Shown in pieces: positions 52,723 through 64,000 of a stretch of 64,000 bases of DNA. Below the pieces are notes generated by a model that ran no database searches, was not told the origin of the DNA, and was given only the letters and a program-made list of their open reading frames with translations. The DNA lies in NCBI RefSeq assembly GCF_009834535.1, contig NC_045696.1, positions 56,670,001 to 56,734,000 on the forward strand, given 5' to 3'. Origin of the DNA: Camelus ferus (lineage: Eukaryota). Numbering within the stretch: the first letter of the stretch is position 1; each line of letters begins with the position of its first letter. A program made the translations under genes and the position numbers.

Positions 52723-55700
52723 TAAGTACAATGCAGTTCTTAAGAACAATAGGAAGCATGAAAATAAGGAAAAAGAGGAGCAAAAACCAAACATAACAGT
52801 TGCCAGGGATTTCTCACTCACTGAATGCAGGTAGGCCATAAAGATAATAATAAACAACAGATCAACAATTAGTTTATTTTAAAATATCATTATTTTAAAA
52901 ATAATTAAATAATAAACAATAGATACAGTACTATTAGGTTTCTGAAAATAGGAAAAAATGGGGATCTGCTGAGACAATCTGGAACACTATAATGAAGTGA
53001 CTAGTACATAGCAATGATTGGTAAAGACCGTAAAAGGCTTACCATCCTTTTCCTGGAGTTCCAGTATTGAATTGCCTTTTCTTGTCATCACTGACTTGCC
53101 ACCTCTAGTGACTGAATACTTTGGTTTTTACCTCAAATGTTACCTAAGACCAAACTATGGGGATACCATATAGGCTCCTTGGCAAGTACAGTGTTTATCT
53201 TTTCAGTTATAGATCGTCTGTGTCCCTTGGGAAATTACTGACATTTCTGCTGTTGCATTTATTCTGATTGTAATCTCTAAACCCACATGATTCCTTTCCA
53301 ATGCACTTTGTAACAATCACCTATTTTATCCATATACTACATTTCAAGGCTCACATTTTGAATTCCGGCTATAAACTTTAATACATTTTCCAAAACCACA
53401 AAAAAAGAGACGACAACAGACTTTACAAAGATCACAGAATACTAGAAAATCAGAAGTCTTTGAAGCCAGAAAGCTCTGGATCTGAATATTTATCCCAGCA
53501 TCTCTAGACTGTGTGACATGGTTTAGATTACTCAGCCTTTAAAGTTGAGCTTATTCATTTGTGAAACGGGGATAGCAATACTTATCCCATAGATTTTTGG
53601 TGAAAATTAAATGAGATAATGCATGTCTGGAAGATAGCAGGTACTGAAATATTAGTTCCCTTCTGTCTTCATCCCAAGAAAATGCCATCAGATAGAATTT
53701 TCAGACACAAAAGCACCGAAGATAATTGTATATATGGATTAAATAGACTGAAACATCATTGTGTAAACTGTGTATATGAAATCATATTTGAACACATTTA
53801 TACAGCAGTTGGGGCATATAAAAGACAAACCTTAGGTGGATCTGTGTTAGGTATGTTTTACAAAACAGACATCGATTACATAGTCATCAGAAGGTCAAAA
53901 GACTTCAGAGATGGTTCCAAATAGAGCTAAAGTACTAAATACAAAAATTAAATCAAACAAGCAAATGAACAAACAAAACCTCCCCAAAACTTAATTCTAA
54001 GCCTCCACAATTTCAGGCTGACCAGGCTTGAGAAACCCTATGATTTTAGGAGGAGAATTTTAGAGCTGAAAGAGCTATCTGCTATTGATCATGGCTGAGG
54101 GCAAAGCCTGAAAATTAATAGTTCTAAATGCTTATCTAAGTTTGAAAAAGAAATATTAACTAGGGAGGACGCTTCAAAATGATCACTTTAAAGTAAACAC
54201 ATAAGAGAGAAAAATTTGGCTAGACACAATAAGCCTAACAGGATTTAAAAAAAAATAAGTAATCTCCTCCCTGTTTATAATTTAAACAATTTGCCTATTT
54301 TTTAGGCAAAAAATAACTTTGATTCTATCTTTGATGTATACAGTTATGTTAATTCTTCCTTTTTTTAAAAATAATTTAAGTAAATTCATACAGTAACCAA
54401 AGATGCTAGCACTAAGACTGTTACATTAGTTTTTACTGGTGACTTTATCTTTACTTACTGACTCTTTTTGACTGCTATCTCTTTTTGAAACTCTTATTCA
54501 ATTTTCCTCCTTACTTTTTCTCTCTTGAATCCTCAAGACCCTCTTGTTTCTGCTGTGTTCTTGATGCTGTACACTGATAAAAAGCCCTGAGTATGTTGTA
54601 TGTGAACTCTTGGGGATAGTGTGTGCCAAAGTCCACACTTGAGTACCATTATACCTTGTTAACAATTAAAAGATGGCCCTGCCTTCACAAGTAAAATAGG
54701 AAAAGCACATATTAGGTGATGGTCACAGAAACCACAGGCTCTACAAACAGATTCATTCTAAAATACATTAGAAGTAACTGCTGGAACAAATTAAGTGTAT
54801 TCAATGGTAAATTTCCCTTTGGAAATAATGTTCAAGCAAAGTAACCTCAGCACTTCCTCAACAAGGATATGATGTATTCTAGGTAACAGGAATCCTCTGG
54901 AATATCATGGTTGAGTGCTGACTAGCTGGGGCATTTATGCTGAATATTCCATGGTGGTTGCTGAGAAAAATAAGGCCCCTACTGCAAAGCAGAATGTAAA
55001 AAACAATGGAATGGCAGGCAGAAGGTGACTCAGTTAGGGGGGTAGAGGTGGCGTTGAACCAAGCAGTGCTCAAAAATGTTGATTCACAGAGAAAGGGCAT
55101 CAGAATCACCTGAGTCATTAGTTACAATCACAGAGTCCTGGTCCTCCTGTCAGACCTCATGACTACAAAGTTCCAGCTGTGGGGCACTTATTCAAAAGTT
55201 TTCACAAGTCCTGCTGCTGGTGACATGAATATGCAGTCAGGTTTGGGTAACTGGTGACCTAGATTATTTCCAACAGTTCTTCCAGCTCCAAGATTCTAAA
55301 TGTTAGCTGAAGGATAATTAAATGTAAAATAGGCTTAATTGTAGAGCACAGGATCTGTGGTCACAGTGCCTGGTTTGTCCTGTGTAACCCTGGCCTATTT
55401 ACCTCTCTCTGCTTCTAGTCTTCATTTAAAAAATGTAAGTACTTTTAGTACCTACTTTATAGGGTTGATGTCAAGATGATGCATGTGAAATAAGGTACAT
55501 AAAGCACTAGAACAGCGCTCGGCACTAATAAGTGCTTAATGAATGTTGGCCATTAGTATTACTAAACCACCACCACCACATCTGGAATGCCAGTGCACTG
55601 AGTATGTTGCAGAGATTCTATTTATCAACAATGACATTTATAAACCATGACTGAAGCTGCTGGCCAGGATCATTCTCTGGGCAACACTAACTGGCTTATA

Positions 55701-55902
55701 TAAGAACTTATCTTAGCCTTTTTAATGTCTAGTTCTAATTGAGTGAAATATCTCAGGAAGGGACTCAAATCAATTGTATACACATAAGTTTATATAAACT
55801 AACACTTATGAAGCACTCCTAGTTTACAATTTGTAATTTTCTCCTTTATCTGTTTGCCCTTTAAGGTAAATTCTGTAGTTTATGACGCTAAGAGGCTTTT
55901 CT

Positions 55903-56042
55903 GAAGAGTGGACTTTTTCTAAAAATTTTTTTGTGTGTGGGGGTAATTAGGTTTATTTAGTTTTAGAGCTACTGGGCATTGAACCCAGGACCTCATGCAG
56001 GCTAAGCATGTGCTCTACCACTTGAGCTGTACCCTCCCCTCC
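55903..56042 (-). mobile_element. tRNA-derived SINE (camelid Vic-1-like)
   Basis: A/B boxes (agctcaagtgg...gggttcaatgcc); TSD aagaggcttttct (55890-55902 / 56043-56055). Confidence 0.85.
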
Positions 56043-56382
56043 AAGAGGCTTTTCTAAAGCAAGAAAAATCAATGTACAGTACCAGTGACCCTTCTTTGTC
56101 ACCTTAATTATTTTTGAAAATCTTTTCAAGAAAAAGCCCATGATTTACATTATTCACAGAACAACACTTGAACATTCCAACAGACTGGCATTCAAGGAGG
56201 CTGAAGTGACTGTGGCCATCTCATAGTCTATGTTGGCTCCAATCTTTGCTACTTTTTGGACTAGAACCCAAATGCCTGATTTCAAATACAAAGCTTCTTT
56301 TGTGAGAATATGTAACTTGTGAAATCTTTGGTTTTCCCTTTACCTGGTGATGATACAAACACACATTAGTGAAAATACTCAC

Positions 56383-56533
56383 CAAATTAATCTCTTCTGC
56401 ATTGAAATCCTCAGCCAGGAAAGCAGTCCTAGTTAAAACTTCATGGCGCTTGGTTTCATGAATCTGATCCAGTTTAGTTCCTATTACCAACAGTGGGATT
56501 TGGTTATCAGCAAACTGTTCCCGATCATAATCC
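56383..56533 (-). CDS. RABL3: RABL3 exon 5 ([50 protein letters not shown])
   Basis: 151 nt overlapping ORF 56221..56490, TKLD G4-like motif, donor |gtgagt. Confidence 0.97.
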
Positions 56534-58719
56534 CTGTGATAAATGGACAGAATTTATCTTTCTGATGTAGATGTGTAATATTTAACTGTAACTAGCTTAT
56601 ACTATTTTACAGATACTTCACTGCCTCTTGCTTATCCATCACCTATAAACCTACTTTTCTCCTGTTTTCTTTCATCTACTTGTTCATTTATCAATCCTCA
56701 GCATCTATCGAGTTCCAACTATTAATCCAACTAGTCAAAATTTGTCCCATGGGTCTTTATAGACTATTGGAATAACTGACTGCCCCCCAGGTATATGAAA
56801 GTAGGTTGACTTGACTTCTCCCAAAGCTCTGTCTTCTGAGGCTAACAGCTCAGGAATTTTTCTGGGTAGATACAGAGAGTGGATTCAAACCTCAGTGGAG
56901 AGAAAACACAGGAACCTAGCATGGTACTCAAGCTTTTTGCCAGAGAGGAAAATGTCAAGCTTCTGGGTAACTTCTGGGCTATGCATACACATTCCTGTCT
57001 ATAAGTAGTAAAGAAAAATAGATCATTTCAGAAAAATAAGAAATAGGAATGCTGAAGGCCAGAATAAATCAACCATAGCCTGGGGAAAGATGGATTCAAC
57101 AAATGGAAAGGAAAAGAAACAGCTGAAATGCAAAATAAATAGTAAAAGGAAAGAGTTAAGTACCAAATAGTTGTTTGTCTTGACACAAGAGCCATGGGAG
57201 GACAGGCAATAGGAATCACTTAGGGTTAGTGGCCTTGGGTCACTATCTTTCTATTACTGAAAGGAAGCCCAATGTTTTCAGTGAATATAAATTCTATTCA
57301 CATAAGAGAAACAGATTTGGATTTATGATATAAGTTCAATTTGTAACAGTCAGACAAATCTGGTTGCGAACACCTTATGACCATAAATCAATGTTCCATA
57401 ATCTAATCAATACAAACCAGGTGAGCTTGGCATTTTTCCCTTTCTTTGACATTACTTTTCTTTCTCTCTGAATAATTTAAATTGTGTGTGCGTGTGTGTG
57501 CACGTGCACATGCTTGCAAAATTACCGAATCTTTTTGCCCTTCACATTAACTTTACAGAGCCTCGGTTATTGTTCAGCTTTGGAACACAATTGTTTTGAA
57601 CTATGCAACCTCCCCATTTCATAAAAAATATTATCATTCTAAATATTGTATCAAAGCCAATAATAGCTTGAGTTCAAGACCTTTGATTCTTCTTACCAAC
57701 ATTAATATTGATTTAGGAGATGTGGTCCAAAACTGAAATTTGCTTTATTAGAGAATAAAGTTTTGAGAGTGCCCTTTTTTAGGACTATTTTTTCCCCTAT
57801 ACTCACTAACTCTGGCTAACACACAAATTTTGGTATATATTTTATCAAACATCATCTTTGATACACATATTTCTGTCACTTCCAGTCTTGCATAATCTTT
57901 TACACATTAATGTATGTATTTATTATATATATAACATAGTATATATTGCACATAATATACATGTTTCATGTTGACTTACATATGCATCATATATATAACA
58001 TAACATATATATGTTGCCATATATATGTACACATAAAAATCTGTTCTCTTATTTCTCTTTTTAGTTTTCCTTTTTTCCCACCTTCTTTGATTAAATTTTA
58101 CATCCAGTTGAAATTTGATCTTGAAATCCTTTTTCTATTTTTAAATCATTAGGTAAAAAACAAATGGGAAATTTTATCATGGATGGATAAGGCTGATAAC
58201 ACCTTAACATCACAAAGAGATAACCAAGTATTATATTATATGCACAATACCACTTTGGAAAAAACAAAAATCTTGCAACTTTCAGACTACTATATTTAAC
58301 TACCATTTTAGAGAAGATTAGGATTCAGAGAAACAAGTTTAACAGACTCTACAGGGATACAGTCAGCAAAATCCAGAACAGAGGAAACTCTACAGGACAA
58401 ATGAGCAATTTTCTTCAACAAATAAACTGCCAGAGAGTAAAAAAAACAGGGGGGGCTTAAGGTTAAAATAAACTTAAGAAACCAAATACAATGAGTGGGA
58501 CTTATTCAGATACTGTTCTGAACAAAGCAACATTTATGATACATATGATACAAATACATTAAAATAGTATTTGATATTAGAGAATTATTGTTAAATTTTA
58601 AGGAGGACATTTATATTTCGGTAATGTTTAAAAAAAAGTCCTTATGCTTTAAATTTACACATTGAAGTATATATAGATGAAATGATATGATGTCTAGGGT
58701 TTGTTTCAAAAAAATAAAT

Positions 58720-59590
58720 GAAGAGATATACTATGTTCATGGCTTGAAAGATGCAACAAAAATGCACCCCAATATAATAACCTATAGGTTTAATGGAATT
58801 CCAATAAAAATTCAGACAGAATTTTTGTCAATACAGACAAGCTGATTTCAAATTTATATGGAAAGAGATTAGAAGAGCTAAACAATTTTGAGAAGGAAAG
58901 AATCACACTGTCAAATTTTGAGACTTACTATAATGCTACAATAATCAAGAAAGTGTAGCATTTATTAGTAAAAGGATAGATGCAGATCAAAAGAACAGAA
59001 TTAGAGAGTCTGGAGGTGGAGGGTATAGCTCAGCAGTAGAGCGCCTGCTTAGCACCCACGAGGTCCTGGGTTCAATCCTCAGTACTCCCATTAAAATTAA
59101 TAAATAAAATTACCTCCCTTCCCCCTCAACCCAAACAAAATAAATAAATAAGATATTTTTAAAAAAGAATTAGAGAGTCTAGAAATAAAACCATATAAAT
59201 ATGGTCACTTGACTTTTGGCAAAGGAATAAAAATAATTCGATGAGAAAGGACAATCTTTTCAACAAATGATGTTGGAACAACTGGACATTCACCTACAAA
59301 AGTCAACTTCAACCAATCCTTCACACATTATACTAACTCAAAATGGATCACAGTTCTAAAAGCAAACCCAAAACTATAAAACTTCTAGAAGAAACCCAGA
59401 AGAAAACTTGCATGATCTGGGGTTAGGCAAAAAGTTGTTAGATGTAACAAAAGCACAAGACATAAAAGAGAAAAATGAGACATTAGATTTCATCAAAATG
59501 AAAAACAATTATTTTGTTAAAATATTGTTAAGATAAGGAAAAGACAATCTACAAACTGGGAGAAAATATTTGCAAATCAAACATCTTACA
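58720..59590 (+). mobile_element. Old L1 ORF2 fragment interrupted by a SINE
   Basis: Decayed ORF2-like sequence (aatcttttcaacaaatgatgttggaacaactgg; aaactataaaacttctagaagaaa). Confidence 0.8.
59012..59165 (+). mobile_element. tRNA-derived SINE (camelid Vic-1-like) nested in L1
   Basis: gggtatagctcagcagtagag...gggttcaatcc; 15-bp TSD agaattagagagtct (58997-59011 / 59166-59180). Confidence 0.9.
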
Positions 59591-59664
59591 AATATTATTT
59601 TGGAGGGTGTACTCTTGTGATTGTTACAGCATTTCAAACCAACTGTAATGTAATCTGGACTTAC

Positions 59665-59779
59665 CCATTTGTTACCAAGACTCCGGTTGGCACTAAATCC
59701 CTGTTGAGAGCTTCCAATGACCAACGATACAAGTTTTGGGATGACTTCTTATTTGTTAAATCGTGTACTAAAATAATAC
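59665..59779 (-). CDS. RABL3: RABL3 exon 4 ([37 protein letters not shown])
   Basis: 115 nt, AG/GT boundaries. Confidence 0.96.
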
Positions 59780-61079
59780 CTAAAATAATCAGAGAAAATA
59801 ATGTCAATAGTGTAAGAATTCCTCTTCATTTCACAACTGGCAAAGTAAGGCTTAGAAAATAAAAGCATTAGGTTACTTAATGAACCTAGCACCCTGGTAT
59901 GACTAACAAACTCTGACACAATTATTTTAAATTATTCTACAAATTCTTACAGATAATTATTTACAAATAAGTAACTGAATCAAAACTACTTCAAGTATTT
60001 GGAAATTATATTAATTCAAAAAGGTTAATTGTTTCTGCACTATGCATAGTACTGTTAGAGACATCATATACATATTACTTATACTCACTAAAATATTTAA
60101 TAATGGAAATTTATTAAAATGATATTTAATTTGACACAATTCCTACTCTTTGGTGACAAAATGTCTTCTTGTAGGCCACCTGGACCTAATCAACTCAAAA
60201 GCCTAATCATTTAATTCTTTAAATTAATGGTTAGCTATGTAAACTTGCTACCTGTAAGATTAGCAAAGAAATATGCCACTAGAAGTGGGTAGGAAAAACA
60301 TAGTCAAGAAGTATGAACAGTAGAAAACAGATGGACTTTTGAGAGAAAAATAATAAAATGTAATAAAGCTTAGAAACACAATTAAATAGAATCAGTTAAG
60401 ATCCTAGACAGAAGGTAAAGCAGGTAATTATTATGATATAGACAAAAAGAGGAAAAGCTTTAAAGCCTAGTGAAATATAGGGTATCATCTTGTGTTCAAA
60501 AGATTACAGGTCTTGAAACTCCCAACCCTTTCTTATATTACCCAGGTTATACTGTGAAGAGAAGATGTGGAACTGATACATTTTCCATCGTCAAGATGTA
60601 AAATATATCGATTTGAAAAAGGGCATGAATTAATTGGCTCCTTTAGTTTTTACAGACACTGTGCAACTAAGGTGCTTATATAAGTTAGAGTTGACTAGTT
60701 CCAGCTGGCTCAAAGAAATCTGTATGTCTTCTGGCATCTGGAACAGAGATCTGACACGTGCCCCCATATCCAGCTGCACTCACTGTACCTTCCTCAATGA
60801 GGGGTTCTATTAGGTACTGGGGACACATGATCAAGGATAGATTTAAACAAGGAATAAAGAGCTACCATTGAGGAATATAGCTAACATTTATTCAGTACTT
60901 ATGTGCTACATATTACGTTTTACACATGTCATCTAATCTGATTTTCAGAACAGTCCTATGAGGTAAGAATTATTATTTTCATTTCACACATGTAGAAACT
61001 GAGGGTCAGAGAGGTTGAGTAACTTGCCCCAGGTAGCATGGTTAAGTGGGGTAGCCAAAATTTGAACTCAGGTAATCTT

Positions 61080-61222
61080 TGGGTTTTGCTTTTTTTCTTT
61101 TTGGTGGTGGAGGGAGGTAATTAGGTTTATTTATTATTCATTTATTTTTTAATGGAGGTACGGGGGGATTGAATCCAGGACCTTGTGCATGCACATTACC
61201 ACTGAGCTAAACCCTCCCCCCA
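61080..61222 (-). mobile_element. tRNA-derived SINE (camelid Vic-1-like) at the end of a MIR
   Basis: Same head and tail as other copies; degenerate TSD aactcaggtaatctt / aagtcagataatctt. Confidence 0.8.
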
Positions 61223-63464
61223 AAGTCAGATAATCTTAAAGACTGAAGGAAAGCAGAATAAAGTCACTTCAGGGCAAAGGAGTGACAGATATTTTCTCCT
61301 TTCCCCATTTCCCAGGTAAAAATATCACAAAACTATGGGTGAGACTTTCAGTTGGAAGAGTGAAAGGATTACAGAGGCCTGGATAAGCTACTACCTGGAC
61401 AGGGAGGAGTTTATTTCTTGAAGATCTCTATTTAAGGCTTCTGAGCTGTTAAAGGCATTGAGCACCCTTTTCCCTTATTTTCCCTCTTCCTTTTGGGCTG
61501 AGAATTCTTGCTTTGTAGACTAGGAACTAGAAGGGACACAGTGAGGCCCAAAGGAAAGAAGGCAGGGTGACAGCTGCTCAGAATATGTTCTAATCTTAAA
61601 ACAGAGAGGCAGAGACACTTTACAGGTTTCCTTCAGGGATCACCAGACTTGATCATCACAATGGGAAGAAGGTAGGGTATTGAGGGAAGAAAGTTATTGC
61701 TAAGAATAGACTGTATCTTTGAATGGAGTGGTCCTAATGCCCTGTTTTTTAAGAAGCTAAGGATGGTAGATGGAGTAAAGAACTTTGAAGGCTTCTACCA
61801 AGAGAAATGTTCCTAGCGCAAGGTTCAAAGAACAGAGAAATTGGTTTTCAGTTAACAGGGATTAATCTCTTAACAGGGATTTTTTTTTTTTAAAGAAACA
61901 GGAATATATCTGAGTCTTACATGTAAAACTAACATAGGATATATGAAACTATGTCGATACTATTTAAGGAAAAGACAAATCACTAATGAATAATAGGTAC
62001 AGAAAAGATAACCAAATAAATATGGATTTAGAAGAATTTGTTCAGCACTTAATAAGTTTACAACTCATAATTCCATAAAGTTTCAAGGTCTGAATGATCT
62101 TTGTTATTTGCTTATAATTTTTATCCTAACTCTTTCTTAAAAAGGTCTAAACAGTGAAAGTGTTATATATTCAAACTTCTTTGTCAGATCAGATTGATAC
62201 CAACTTTGACAAGTCATTTGATCAATATAATCCAGGTTTATCACTTGATCCTAGATCTAAACTAGGCTTTACTTCTTTCTCTCTTGCTCTTTAAGAAATC
62301 ACCTAACACTATAGTGGTCTTATCTTACTGTTTTTCTCATTTATATACATTCTATTAATATATGCCATTGTCATGTACTTTCTTGCATGATGATATATAT
62401 TATAATATATTAATGTCAATGTCTTAGGCTGTATTTTTTATTTATGAATATTTTGTTTCTTTAATTAGGTTGTGACACTTTCAGATAGAATTCTGAGCTA
62501 AACAGGACATAGGTCTGAACAAACACAACTCATTCTGTATTCTATAGTATTTATCAAATGGCAAGAAACTTCTTTACTTTTTGTAGCATCTACAGCACTT
62601 TATGATATGGGATAAGATATTGAAAGAGGAATATAAGTAATGAAGATGATACTGAATAATCACAATGATTACTTAATACTGAATGAGACCTAACCATAGT
62701 ACAAATGAATCCCAATTAATAGCCAAGCATCCACCAGAGAGGAAGGGGAGAGATGCCAAATCTTTTGGTACATCAAACAGAAGTTTAAATTGTATTTCAT
62801 AGTAAAAAAAGGTAAATAATGAGTTAAGAAAAGAAAAGAAGATAAAAAAAAAAACTCTATAGGTAAATTACAGGTATCAGCAGTTTAATCCCTTGACACA
62901 GAGTGGACACTATGAACTGCAATCACATCCTATTACACACCTCCATCTGGCAGTATGCTCCAGGTATTCAAAGATCTGTAACTGGATGAAGTTTCTGCAC
63001 CCTGAAAAAACTCTTGGGCAGCTTTCTATAATTACATAGGACTCTCTCTAAGGAGCAGATGAAAGAAATCTCTGTATCTCCTTGACATCTGGCTTAGACT
63101 GTGGGACTCCTAATGGCTCTATTGTATGTACTCAGTTGACTGACTAAACAGCACTCCCAGGGGACAGTGTTTTGGAAAGTTCCGTGTTTTATTTTAAGTA
63201 CTCAAAATATAATTTTATTTCTCAATATTTAGTTTATGACAATAATATAAATAGAAACACTCAGAAGAAGCAAATATTTAATGTTCTGAATTACATGGTT
63301 AGAGTCTAGAAACACAAACTGGAATGTCATATGCAGATGTAAACTAAGAGTTGTGAGTACATTAGATCTTTCTCAGATTAAGAGACCAGCATTCACAGCA
63401 TTCTGTATCAGATGACCTGTCCTCCAAGATCATTAATATATGGTAAAAGTAAAAAATGCTTTAC

Positions 63465-63594
63465 CATTTACAGAGTTGTAGAAAACTGCTCTTGTGCTTT
63501 TCACACTGCTGGCACTGCCCACAGAGCCTCCAACATCCCATAATTCTATATAGTAGGTCTTCTCTTCTGGTGTTCCTTCTTTGTAGTCATGAAC
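63465..63594 (-). CDS. RABL3: RABL3 exon 3 ([43 protein letters not shown])
   Basis: 130 nt, tag| acceptor, |gtaaag donor, WDVGG G3-like motif. Confidence 0.96.
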
Positions 63595-64000
63595 CTAGCA
63601 AATAAATCCATCAAAATAATTACTATAGCCACTAAGAAAACTGGTAAGCACCCTCATTCCAGTTTAAAGTATTGGACATTCCATATCAGCATCTTACCCT
63701 CTGGCTCTCTAATCTGTCTTTGTAGCTTCCTCCCTCTAATACTCCAACTCTAATAATAATCTTTGATCCCATAGGTCACTATAGTTCATTAGATTAGAAC
63801 ACCTTTCAAAGTACCCCCTTCTACTTCCAAATCCTCACTTCCTTCCTAACTAAGCATAAATTCCACTCTTTGCCATTTCAGTCACTCGTTTACCTCTCTC
63901 ACACAGTATTCATCTGACAAAATTCCAGCCCTGATTATATCAATTCTGTGTCTGTAACCTAGCTAGGTAAACATAATGCCCAGAAAAATAAACATTCAAG

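Larger units (their letters stand above)
48602..63594 (-). other. RABL3: RABL3 gene span, partial (exons 3-8; 5' exons outside window)
   Basis: Six exons in consistent phase encode [24 protein letters not shown]...KSLHYD*; position upstream of HGD fits recalled mammalian synteny. Confidence 0.97.

Noticed and set aside
59012..59095. tRNA-like A/B boxes (also in the other three SINEs)
   Set aside because: SINE heads with A-rich tails and TSDs, not tRNA genes.

Overview
Mammalian genomic DNA, probably camelid: four short tRNA-derived SINEs resemble the camelid Vic-1 type (recognised from memory, not searched). Two protein-coding genes lie head-to-tail on the minus strand. HGD (homogentisate 1,2-dioxygenase) is complete: 14 coding exons from ATG at 45000 to TGA at 1826, 1338 nt / 445 aa, all introns GT-AG. 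RABL3 is partial: exons 3-8, 63594 to 48602, with exons 1-2 beyond the right edge. Introns carry typical interspersed repeats (L1 fragments with TSDs, SINEs, a solo ERV1-like LTR, MLT1, MER DNA transposons, MIR, L2, CR1). I found no clearly new biological system. Best leads: three exact NRF2/MAF-type ARE motifs, two of them in liver-TF motif clusters; a frame-compatible RABL3-to-HGD read-through; a 180-bp near-perfect local duplication flanking HGD exon 12; ultra-short retro-insertions; and Pro367 near the HGD iron site. All coordinates were read by eye; repeat family names and comparisons with human proteins are from memory.
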